Origin: the human T2T-CHM13v2.0 reference genome, Homo sapiens
Assembly: GCF_009914755.1 (NCBI RefSeq)
Contig: NC_060930.1
Reading direction: 5' to 3' (one strand)
Length of the DNA stretch: 64,000 nucleotides
Shown: in pieces, positions 53,240 through 64,000 of the stretch
Numbering within the stretch: the first letter of the stretch is position 1
Layout of the letters: each line of letters begins with the position of its first letter
Notes under the pieces: generated by a model
The model's input: the letters and a program-made list of their open reading frames with translations, nothing else
Database searches by the model: none
Told to the model about the DNA's origin: nothing
Made by a program: the position numbers and the translations under genes

Positions 53240-53520
53240 TATATTGTCTTCACAGAGAAATGCCAGCGTTCCTAGGGAAGTAGCCGATTCCATACCTTAG
53301 GCAATGGAAAATTCAAAATAAGCAAAGACCATCTTACTATTGCTGGAAAGCAAGAAATCTTTTCAAGGATGTTGGGGGTAGTGCTAAAAAAACAAAAGCG
53401 CAGCTTAATGAAGCTCCTTTTGATGAAGTTGTGACAATCCGATTTGAGTTAATGGAAATAAGTATTTTTTAATTCTTGAAAATTTAAGAGATGTCTATTA
53501 TAAGGGGCACAGTAATTCGA
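53240..53520 (+). mobile_element. L1MC4/5-like 3' UTR fragment
   Basis: 'gaagtagccgattcca', 'catcttactattgctggaaagcaagaaa'. Confidence 0.45.
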
Positions 53521-53537
53521 AGAGAAAAGAAAATCTG

Positions 53538-53793
53538 TTTTAATGTTTATTTTTGTTTTAAGTTCTGGGGTACATGTGCAAGATGTGCAGGTTTGTTACA
53601 TAGGTAAACATGTGCCATGGTGGTTCGCTGCACCTATCAAGCCATCACCTAGGTATTAAGCCCAGCATGGATTAGCTATTTTTCCTAATGCTCTCCTATC
53701 CCCCATGCCACCGCCTGACAGGTCCCAGTGTGTGTTGCTCCCCTCCCTGTGTCCATGTGATCTCATTGTTCAGCTCCCACCTATAAGTGAGAA
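53538..53793 (-). mobile_element. L1PA (about PA8-PA10) 3' end, 5'-truncated
   Basis: 'ttttaagttctggggtacatgtgcaagatgtgcaggtttgttacataggtaaacatgtgccatggtgg'. Confidence 0.92.
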
Positions 53794-55406
53794 GAAATAA
53801 AAATTTAATGGTATTTGTTGTATTGTCTTTAATTAGTAGAGAATCTTTATATATGAATATCTTGATTTATTATTAAATTTATATTTATATAGATATGCAT
53901 TTCTTTTATTCTGTGTAATTAGGAAGTGAGTGAGTCAAATATATATGAGAAATGTAGTAACTGGAACAAGAATTTTTGGTACTACTGAGTACATTGAACA
54001 ACCAGATACAACAAGGTCCCACATTCAGAAGTGCTGGTTCACGCAATAATCAAGTAGGAAGAAATCAACACTAGGGGTACTAAGATTGAGAATTAACTAA
54101 CAAGAGATATAGGAATAAACAACTGAGCAAGCCCTGTGACTTATTTTCTATGAGATGAAACCTCAGTGGTGCCTCTAATAATATGCCATAACAAAACATA
54201 TGTGAGTTTCTGATAATGTTAGCAGTTGAGGTCTACACAAAATGATGAGATGAGTTATAAAACACTGGCCATGCAAGATTGAAAAGGAAATGCAGAAGAG
54301 AACGTAAGATGCTAGGTTGCAAAAATCCTAGGTGAAAAAAATGAAGTTAAAAAGCCTTAGTGAGCTAAAATATAAGATTTAACTATAAAAAGCAAAACAA
54401 ACAATTCAGAGAGATGACTAGAGCTCACATGTGACTCATTTTGGCAGAAGTAGGCAGATTCTTTGCCCAGCCAAAAAGCAATTGGTTGGTTACCCAAATC
54501 CTAGAACCTCAACAAATCTGAGATGTTAATTGGATGAGGAGGAAGCAGGTTCAGTTTCAAAAGCATGCTATAATACAAGAAGGCATAAAAACAAAAATGA
54601 GAAAAATATAAAATAATGAAGAAATACTGAGAAAAAATAAACTCAGAGTCCAGCTTTTTACAAAATAGGTGTAAGTGTAGCAATACATTTTATACTCACT
54701 GGATTTGTACACATTTTATCTCTTGTTTTTGGAGTTTAAAAATATTCAAAAGAATTAGTCATAGTAGAATTATAATTATTGTTTAAATAATGGAAGTGAC
54801 TTTAATTAAGTAAAGCTTTAATCAATGTTTAACTGTTTAAGGAAATTTAATTTTCATAGTTTTGGAAATGTATAAGTTTAATAAATTGGACATTAAATAA
54901 AATAAAAGTGATGGTAAGTGCTCTTTTCAAATCACAAAAAGCTCTTCCAGATATTAACTAAGCTAGTCATTAAGTTAAATTAATAAAATCTTTAATTTAA
55001 ACCAACAATTTGATTCCAACACTGCAGAAATAGGACTACCAGAAACCAAGTAGTGGGCACTGTCATTAGTAACTGGCCTGGTGTTCACAGTGGGGTGGTA
55101 GAGTGGGTCAGATTGGGGGTGGAACAAGGAGTGGGACCACAGGTAGAGAAGCTTCGCCCAGTGTTATACTTTCTGCCATTATTGGTAGGAATTGGTGAGA
55201 AGTGGTTTGGGAGGGTGGCTTCCTTTTCATAAAAAGAAAAAATTATTTCAAGAATGATTTAGGGAGGATTTCTTCTTTCTCTATCTTTTGGAATAGTTTC
55301 AGTAGGATTTCGAAAAATAAAGATATACAAACAGCCAACAAACATGAAAAACATGCTCAAAGTCACTAATCATCAGGGAAATTCAAATTAAAACCACAAT
55401 GAGATA

Positions 55407-55484
55407 TTAGGTTGTTGCAAAAGTAATTGTGGTTTTTGTCATTACTTTTAAGGCAAAACCGCAATTACTTTTGCACCAATCTAA
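55407..55484. mobile_element. MADE1 (Hsmar1-derived MITE)
   Basis: 78-bp near-palindrome ttaggttgttgcaaaagtaattg...caattacttttgcaccaatctaa with TA on both sides. Confidence 0.95.
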
Positions 55485-55651
55485 TACCACCTTACTTCTG
55501 CAAGAATGTCCACAATTAAAAAGTCAAAAAACAATAGATGTTGGCATGGATGTGGTGAAAAGTGAACACTTTTACACTGCTAGTAGGAATGTAAATTAGT
55601 ACAACCACTATGAAAAACAGTATGGACATTTCTTAAAGAAATAAAAGTAGA

Positions 55652-55860
<209 letters not shown>

Positions 55861-58009
55861 TAATAACTAAAAGTAGAACTACCATTTGATCCAGCTACCC
55901 CATTACTGGGTATCTATCAAAAAGAAAGGAAGTCATTGTATTAATATAAAAAACATACATGCACACACGTTTATAACAGCACAATTCACAATTACAAATA
56001 TATGGAAGCAACCTAAGTGCCAATCGACCAATGAATGGATAAAGAAAATATGGTATATATACACCATGAAATGCTACTCAGCCATAACAAGGAACAAAAT
56101 GTTTTCTGCAGCAACTTGCATGCAGTCGGAGGCCATTATTCTAAGTGAAGTAACTCAGGAATGGAAAATCAAATATCGTATGTTCTCACTTAAAAGTGGG
56201 AGCTAAGCTTGAGGACGCCAAAGTATAAGAATGATATGATCGACTTTGGGGACTCAGTGGGGAAGGTTGAAAGGGGATGGGGGATAAAATACTACATATT
56301 GGGTACAGTGTACACTGCTTGAGTGACAAGAGTGCACTAAAATCTCAGAAATCACCACTAAAGACCCATCTATTTAACCAAAACATACCTGTTCCCCAAA
56401 AACTATTGAAATGAAAAAATCATTTCAAGCTCCTCCTGAAGATGGGTAATAATAAGGTGGGGCTTGTTCCCTTTTCATGTGTTGGTTCTCATTTATCTGA
56501 ATGTGAAATATGGTTCTTGTGGGGCTAGAATATATGTAGGTCAGACAGGGGTGAGAGGTGAAGAGGCAAATGCCACGTCCAGCCACTCCCAGGCATTATA
56601 CAAGGACAAATCTGAGTGACAGGATTTTAAGGCATATTTTTGAAGCTGCCCTGTATTCTGCATGAGCAGCTTTTTGATTCAGATTCTAAATTTAATGCTT
56701 GATCTGTCATCCCGACAAACAGCATCATTACTCACTTTTCCGCCTTGGATTGCAAAGATTTTCAGCAGTTTGAATTGAGTAACAAGAAGATTCTTACTAT
56801 TTGCTGCTCAAAACTAGTCTCAGGAATGTCAATAGTTATTTTTCAATATAAGAGGGCTGTGTGGTCAAAAAATTTTGGAAACTACTAGATGAAACACGAT
56901 TAAAACTATTTTCTTTATTGTAAGACTTTCTTTGGGTGAGGACTCATTTTTAAGGTAGACACTTGTAAGCCCGGGGCTCCGCAGAACATATTTTGGAAAT
57001 TGCAGCTACTTCCGGTTTCCTCCCCATTCCCAGTGCTCTGAAGTCTGGTTGGGGGCAAAGAGTGGATCAGTAAACAAAGAGTAACAAACAAGCAAAAATG
57101 AGCCAAAGATACACATGATCTATTATTTGCATGATAGTGAATAACAGACAAAGCAAAACAAAACAAAACAACCTCCTCTCCTCTCCGCTAGACAAGCAAA
57201 CAAATGGAAACAACAAAAACATGATCTAAGGTAGTAGAGACATCTGGCTTCACAAGGGTCTTTGTTGCTTATGAAACATATGCAGACACTGGGTTCTAGA
57301 CCCTGCCTGCCCAGCTAAACTAATAGTGCCTTAAAGGATTGTGTTGAGGGCTAAATGAGATTATACAATGTGAAATGTCGAATATAGTGCCTGTTACATG
57401 GTAGATGATGTTCAAGAGATGGTAGCTGTTCTTGTAATTTTAATATAAACACATTACATTAAAATGTTCTTTTTTGATATAATAAATGCCTTTGAAAAAA
57501 TAAAATTTCTTCAAATATTTACACTGTGAGTACAACCAGTGTCTCTAAATCTAGTTTACTGAAATTAAAGTAATACTGTTGATAAATTTCCCAAAATGTC
57601 TAGGTAAGTCTCAGTTTTAGATGTGTGCTTTAATTTGATTAAAGAAAAACTCCTAGCAGAGCCAGGATATGTTTAAGAGAGACTGTTCACTAAAAGGGTT
57701 CAAACTTCAGGGAAAACTCTGAAGCACAGGCATAGGCTCCACTGGCTCAGACTCTTCCAACTACTGGGGATTGATTGATCTCTCAGGGTTGTACTGAGAA
57801 TATGGGAGCTCAGAAAGACTCAAGTACAAAACTGGACTAACAGTGCATTTACAATAAAAACAATAACTGCTGAGTGGACTAGGTTCCTAGATTCTTGTGT
57901 TTTCTGGCTGGTGTAGCCTTTCTCTGAAGTCAACATGAGAGAAGGCTAAATCGTATTCTGAAGTTGGCTTGATAAGTGAGTCACAGAAGGGAAGTGGCTT
58001 ATAATGACA

Positions 58010-58170
58010 ACTTGTTTGGTGTCTACTATGTGCCAGATGCTCTGCAAACAGTATCTCATTTAATAGCTTCACAAACATTCTGTGCGTTTGGTACCATTTG
58101 AGCCCCATTTTACCATGGAGAAAACTGAGAGATAAAGTAAACTACCGTTGAAGACATGGCTAGTAAGGCC
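58010..58170 (-). mobile_element. MIR
   Basis: 'ctactatgtgccagatgctctgc', 'ccccattttaccatggagaaaactgag'. Confidence 0.75.
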
Positions 58171-58184
58171 TGAAACTTTTCAGG

Positions 58185-58828
58185 CCAAAAGCCTTGGTGA
58201 TGTTCTTGACAGCTGTCTCTCTAACATTCCACATCCAATCTTTCAAGAAATCATATTTTTCTCTCCTTTCAAAATATATCCAGAATGACTTCCTACCACT
58301 TTCATTACCACCACCCCAGACCCTGCCACTGTCATCTCACACTTGAATTACTGCAGGCATCCTTACAATGGCGTACAGTAACCTCTTCTTTTGATTGTAT
58401 CTCTTGCTACTTTTCCATGTCTTCACTCAACTCCTGTCACCCTGGCCTTCTTGAAATTCCTCAAAAGTACCAGCAATGTTCCTATCTTTGAGGCAGTTGC
58501 TATAGCTAGTCCCTGCATGGAGTGTTATCCCTCAGATAGCCACTTGCAGACTTCCTTGCCACCTTCAGATCATTTCTCAAATATCGCTTTTCAACAAAAA
58601 CTCCTTGATCATTCAAATTAATTATATCTTGTTTCTTGTTTTCATTTTTGTAGTACTTATTTGGTTTCTGAAATACTACATGATTTACCTGTTATGCTTA
58701 ATGCTTATTGTCATCTGTTACATAGAGTAGGGGGCTCTCTTTTTTTCTCACTGACATACCTTGAGTGTCTAGAAAAGGTATTTGGCACGTAGTAGGTGCT
58801 AAGGAAATATTTGTATGGTGGATGAAAG
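58185..58828 (+). mobile_element. L2a 3' portion
   Basis: 'ctttcaaaatatatccagaat', 'ctggccttcttgaaattcctcaaa', 'tggcacgtagtaggtgctaaggaaatatttg'. Confidence 0.8.
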
Positions 58829-59496
58829 ACTTACCTGATTGCAAAGCCCATGATCCTTCTGCTGTATGGCCATCATCTCAATGAAAGAGAACTAACCAGT
58901 CAGATATTCTGTTCAAAGATCCTCTTACCCAGAGACTTCTTAGATGAATAATACCAAAGTTTTTATTTCTAATTTTGCTTCCAAGCAGATCAGTACCTTT
59001 CTGACAAAATTTTCATTTATATAAAGAAAAATCTTTTAATATATAACAGCCAATCCTGGCATACCTGAAGCTAGTATCTTTAAGGTGATTTTGTGTATCT
59101 ATGTTTCCTGTTGAGAATCATCTCAGGTCCTAGTTTTTGAGCAGGGGCATGTTGCACAACACACTGAAACTGCCAATTAAAATGCTGATATCCTAGTACC
59201 CATAAGCCATTGAAATGTACCAAATTTACAACGTTGTATTCAAAGTAAAGTTTACCAACACCTAGGAAGAGCATTAATTTTTTTTTTGATCAAAACTTTT
59301 GGCCAGGTTTTTGGGTTGCTACGTTTGGTTATAATGCACATTGGTGACAGTTTTCTTTGCATATTTTGAACAGATGAGAAAATTAAGGTACCATTAAGAA
59401 AAGTAAAACTAAGAGGGCAGCGAGAAAGAAAATGATATTTGAATTCCCAGCTGTGGCTGTTGCAAACAAAACAACAACAACAACAACAACAACAAA

Positions 59497-59642
59497 TTAG
59501 CCTGTTTTCGTGGACTTTCCAATTAATTACATGAGCCAAATAAATCCCTCCCCAGCAAACTCCCCCACCATCCCACTGTTTAACAAAACTGGTTTAATTT
59601 GGGATTTCTTTCTCTTGCAACTGAAAAGTCCTGACTAATAAA
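59497..59642 (+). mobile_element. MLT1J-like LTR 3' end
   Basis: 'acatgagccaaataaatccct' ... 'cttgcaactgaaaagtcctgactaata'. Confidence 0.65.
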
Positions 59643-60107
59643 ACAAGGTTCCACAGTAGAATCACCTCAATGTCCTGCATCTCATTCAATTACACATAGA
59701 ATTCGTGTATAAAATAATGACGTGATGCTCTGAAATAATAATCAAAAATCAATATTAATCAATTATGTTTTAGTTTCTTCTTTTGCCCCTTATCTTCTTC
59801 CCTCTTCTCTTTGCTTCCCATTTTTCCTACTCTGTTAGCCTCTGTCTTTATTCCAAAAGGTTTTAAACTGGTTGCATCCCCTACATAAAAAGGAAGAAAA
59901 GTGGATGTTACAAGCAGATATTTGTGTCAATGGTTATAACAACACATTTTCTGATTATTCTTCAGCTATCAAGAAATTAAATAAACCAGTATTCTCATTC
60001 CCCAAATGCCCTGTTACCTGGCTAACAAATTTTCCTAGCAAGTAAAGAGTCATTCCATCATTCCATAAGGTTTTGTTTTTTTTTGTTGTTGTTTTTTTTT
60101 TTTTTTG

Positions 60108-60285
60108 CACTTTGCCACTTACTAGTTGTGTTACCTGTTTAAATTATTTAACCTTCTGAAACTTGGTTTTCTTATCCCTAAATGAGAATTATGAAATCTG
60201 CCTGGAATGCTCCCAAAGTGTAATAATGTAATAAGACAGTAGATACTGGTCTGAAGTAGATGCTCAATAAATGGCAGTTATTTTT
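60108..60285 (+). mobile_element. MIR
   Basis: 'tgccacttactagttgtgttacct', 'gtagatgctcaataaatggcagttatt'. Confidence 0.75.
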
Positions 60286-61191
60286 ACATTATCTCTATGA
60301 CATTACTTTTGCCCACTATTTTTAGAATCAGGAAGGAGAATGACATAAAGGTGTTCTTACTCAGTCTTTAAGAATAGCTAAGGAAAATAGGACATTGCTA
60401 AGTAAGCAAGAAAACTCCTGTTCCTATTTCGTGCTTACACTTGCAGCAATGTAAAAAAGCTAAAAATTAAGTTTATTTTATGGTAACCTCCCAATTTTCT
60501 ATCCCTGTACCAATGATTTCCTATGTTTCTCTTATTTTAAAGATTTGATCTGAAAGATAAAACCAGTGAGGTGTATCGGCAGAAGTGACAAAGTCCTAAG
60601 GGAAAGAATGTTCTTTACTCCCATGCAGATTCAGCATCCCTTTTCTGTAACAGAGCAAACCGAGCTTTACTGGGTTAGCTCCACATTTGACTGCAGACAC
60701 TGTCCCTTAAGCTAGATTTTTACCAACCACAATAATGGCATCTATTTCTCTCGCATCATTTCCATTCAACAAATATACATATTTTCAATGGCTTAAAACT
60801 CCAAGTATGCAAAGCATGCAGCCAGGAAGGGTGAAAGAATGCTAAAAGAAGATTGTGAAGCAAACATGGCATGACTTTGTTGTATCGGTTTTTCTTAGGC
60901 AGTTTCTTTTGGATGTTTTTTTTCTTCTTCCAGTGACTGATTAAATGTTCATGTCTATAGCAATGAGGACCCTTAAAATTAACTGAATATCTTAAAGTAC
61001 AGAGTTTTTCATAACCATGCAATATGTCTTGAATTAATCTTTTATTTTTCTCATAATAGGTATCAGTACAAAAATAATGTCTTACATTTGCACAGTGCTC
61101 AGAGATTTACAAAATGCCTTCATACACTTTATCTCATTTTACCCTTCTAATAAAATAATAATGGAGGCAGAGTTTGCCTGCATCTGTCTCT

Positions 61192-61520
<329 letters not shown>

Positions 61521-62083
61521 CTCTCCATTTTAAAGTTGTAAAATTTGAGGTTTAATGTGTGTAAATATTTGGCCAAAGGTCACAAAGTGTGTAAGTGACA
61601 TATTTGGTATCGATTTCTGGGCCTAAGTGCAGCACCATTTTTTGCTATAGCATATTTCAAGGGTTTTTTGTTTGTTTGTTTGTTTTTCTCGTTTACTTAT
61701 TTTATCTATTTTAACACACTAAACTGAATACCTTCTTTGTGCTAGTAAAGTCTTGTTTTTCAGATGAATTCAGAACTTTGTTTTCATTTGAAAGAAGGAG
61801 TCCATTTACTTTCCTACCAAATCAAGCTCCTGTAAGATACTGATTTGCCTCATCATCTTTTAGTAAGCTGAAAGTGGTTATTTTGGAAGTATGAATAGCT
61901 AGCTTACAGCATACTTACTCCACTTCCTTACCTACTAAAATCTTCATTTAGTTGTACATAGTGGGGGCACAAGACTATGCAGCAAATTCTGCACATTCTT
62001 GGGACATGTGTTTTAGAGTAGCTGTGAATAAATGGGGAAATCGCATGAAAGTTTTCTTGTCCTAAATTATTGAAGATTGATAA

Positions 62084-62086
<3 letters not shown>

Positions 62087-62114
<28 letters not shown>
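62087..62114. repeat. (GA)14 microsatellite
   Basis: Read directly. Confidence 0.93.
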
Positions 62115-62869
62115 ACTTCCATGTATGCATTACCTCTTTATCCATGTTTTCTTTTTTTCTTCCTTAGTTGGGTAGTGATAAAAACTGGATGATGATATAC
62201 TATGCTGAAATAGAATGTCTGGAAAGATTTGTCTGGACTAAGGATGCTGAACTGAAAATAAGAGAAGTGCTAATATTTCTTATAATCCAGGTTTTGCGCA
62301 ATACTTCCCTCTATGCACCTGGTTCCCCTCCTTATTCCCCCACTCTTTTTTTCAATAATGGACCTTCTTTTCTTTGTTTGATATCTAAATGGTCTCTCTC
62401 TCTTTCTCTTTCTCTCTCTAGCAACAGCATATCATTAGTTTTACTCAAGAGTAAATTCAGGCTTCTATTCTTTCAGACCTAATGGTCCAAGGAGTCAACA
62501 AACTCATCTGGAACAAGTGCTGGATATTCCAGTACATCTCAGCTCAGCTGAGTGTTCTTGCTCTGGCTCTGTTATTGTTAACAGGGTTCATGTGGAAGTC
62601 ATAAGTATCAAAAAACAAATGAAAATGCAAGAGCAGCATGAGACTCAGTGAGATGATTAAACTTTTGTATAATTGAAATTTCAGAAATGGGGAAGAGAGA
62701 GGATGAAGCAGAAGGAATATCTATGGATATAACTATGTTAAATTCTCCAAAGTAAAGATTCAGGAAGTGCAAGTGCTACCAAATTTAAGCAAATTCATGT
62801 TGTATTAAAATGGCTAAAAATCAAAGACAACGCTAAGGAAAATAAGGCATTAAGGAACCACTGGTAAGA

Positions 62870-63350
62870 AACAGAACTGACCTCTATCACAGAAAATTCC
62901 CCATTCCCAGAGTTGTGGGCCTTGACAACAAATGCCTGGCAGGATTGCGTAATTGTTATAAATCGGTGACTGCTATGATGCCTCTGTTGCTCTCTCTTTG
63001 GAATGTGAGAATCTGATTGAAGTTATCATCTCCCCATCTCACCAATGTATTTTGGATGTGTGGCATGAAAATAACTACTTAGTTCACAGATCCATGGCTT
63101 AAGAAGAGCTTCTCTCAAAATGCTGCCCTTGAGAAATTTCACCTAAGAAGCCTCATTTGCATCAGGACCCCATGCAGATGACTATAGCCTGGACTTCAAG
63201 CCCGATGCAGTGAGTGGATGAGATTTTGGGGGTCTTCAGAGGTGGTGAGTAAATCTGGTGTGTGGAAGAGATGTGAATCCATGGGGCCAACAGAAAGACT
63301 AGGGTAGATTTTTACAATAATGCCCCCAGTGAATCAAGCCTCCCAGTATC
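62870..63350 (+). mobile_element. MaLR internal 3' fragment plus start of an MLT1 LTR
   Basis: 'cctggacttcaagcccgatgc...ggatgagattttgggggtctt', 'ggaagagatgtgaatccatggggcca'. Confidence 0.6.
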
Positions 63351-63369
63351 CGGGTGGCATAAAAAGTAG

Positions 63370-63741
63370 GTATCTTAGTTAGCTAGGGCTACCATAACAA
63401 TATATTTTAATGTAGATGCCTTAAACAACATACATTTATTTTCTTACAGTTCTGGAGGCTGGAAATCTGAGACCAGGATGATATAGCATGGTTCTGGTGA
63501 AGGCTTGCTTCCTGGCTTGCCGATACCTACTTACTCTCTCTGTCCTCACATGGTAGAGAGATAAAAAGAGAGAGCAAGCTCTCTGGCATCTCTTCTTGTT
63601 AGGATACCGATCCCATCATGAGGGCACTGCTCTCATGGCCTCATCTGACCCCAACTATCTCCCAAAGGCTCTGTCTCTAAATACCATCCATTAGGGACTT
63701 CAACACATGAATTTGAGGGAAACAGCACTCAGTCCACAGCA
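63370..63741 (-). mobile_element. MaLR solo LTR (MLT1A0-like)
   Basis: 'tcttacagttctggaggctggaaatctgagaccagg' ... 'ttcaacacatgaatttgaggg...cagtccacagca'. Confidence 0.88.
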
Positions 63742-63779
63742 GTGGGGGAAGAACAAAAAACAAGGAATCAATGCAACAC

Positions 63780-64000
63780 ATAGAAAATAGTTATAAAGAC
63801 AATAGATATTAATCCTTTATATCAATAATCACTTTAAATGTGAGAGGTCTAAATATATCAACTAAAAGACAAAGATTGTCAGAATGGATTACAAAAAAAA
63901 AAGACCCAAGTAAATGTTGGCTGCAAGGAATGAATCTATGTTAAATATAAAACTCAGATAAGTTAAAAGTAAAGGAATGGAGGAATAAATACGATCCTGA
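63780..64000 (+). mobile_element. L1M ORF2 start (endonuclease), degenerate, runs off the window
   Basis: 'atatcaataatcactttaaatgtgagaggtctaaat...aaaagacaaagattgtcagaatggat' (ISIITLNVRGLN-like). Confidence 0.85.

Noticed and set aside
55886-56206. 106-aa ORF
   Set aside because: Degenerate L1 ORF2 C-terminus in a truncated L1PB.

Overview
AT-rich, CpG-depleted human genomic DNA: it carries two copies of the human-specific AluYb lineage. It is intergenic or deep intronic, and I find no supportable protein-coding gene, tRNA, rRNA or CpG-island promoter. The ORF track is explained by Alu, Tigger1, L1, LTR and microsatellite sequence or by chance. A large part of the window is recognisable interspersed repeat: Alu/FRAM/FLAM, MIR, L1, L2, MaLR/ERVL/ERV1 LTRs, Tigger1, Tigger3, MADE1, MARNA and MER elements. 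Family names come from memory of the consensus sequences and need RepeatMasker/Dfam confirmation. The most unusual structure is a 382-bp, indel-free, 98.4%-identical inverted repeat (37602-37983 and 38687-39068, 703-bp spacer) built entirely from a very old L1M fragment, which suggests a template-switch duplication and a candidate invertible or hairpin-forming cassette. Other points of interest are an inverted pair of near-identical young AluYb elements, a 5'-inverted L1PB carrying a MADE1 with an intact SETMAR site, a strong CTCF motif, and several repeat-free, motif-dense candidate enhancers. I cannot demonstrate a new biological system from sequence alone.
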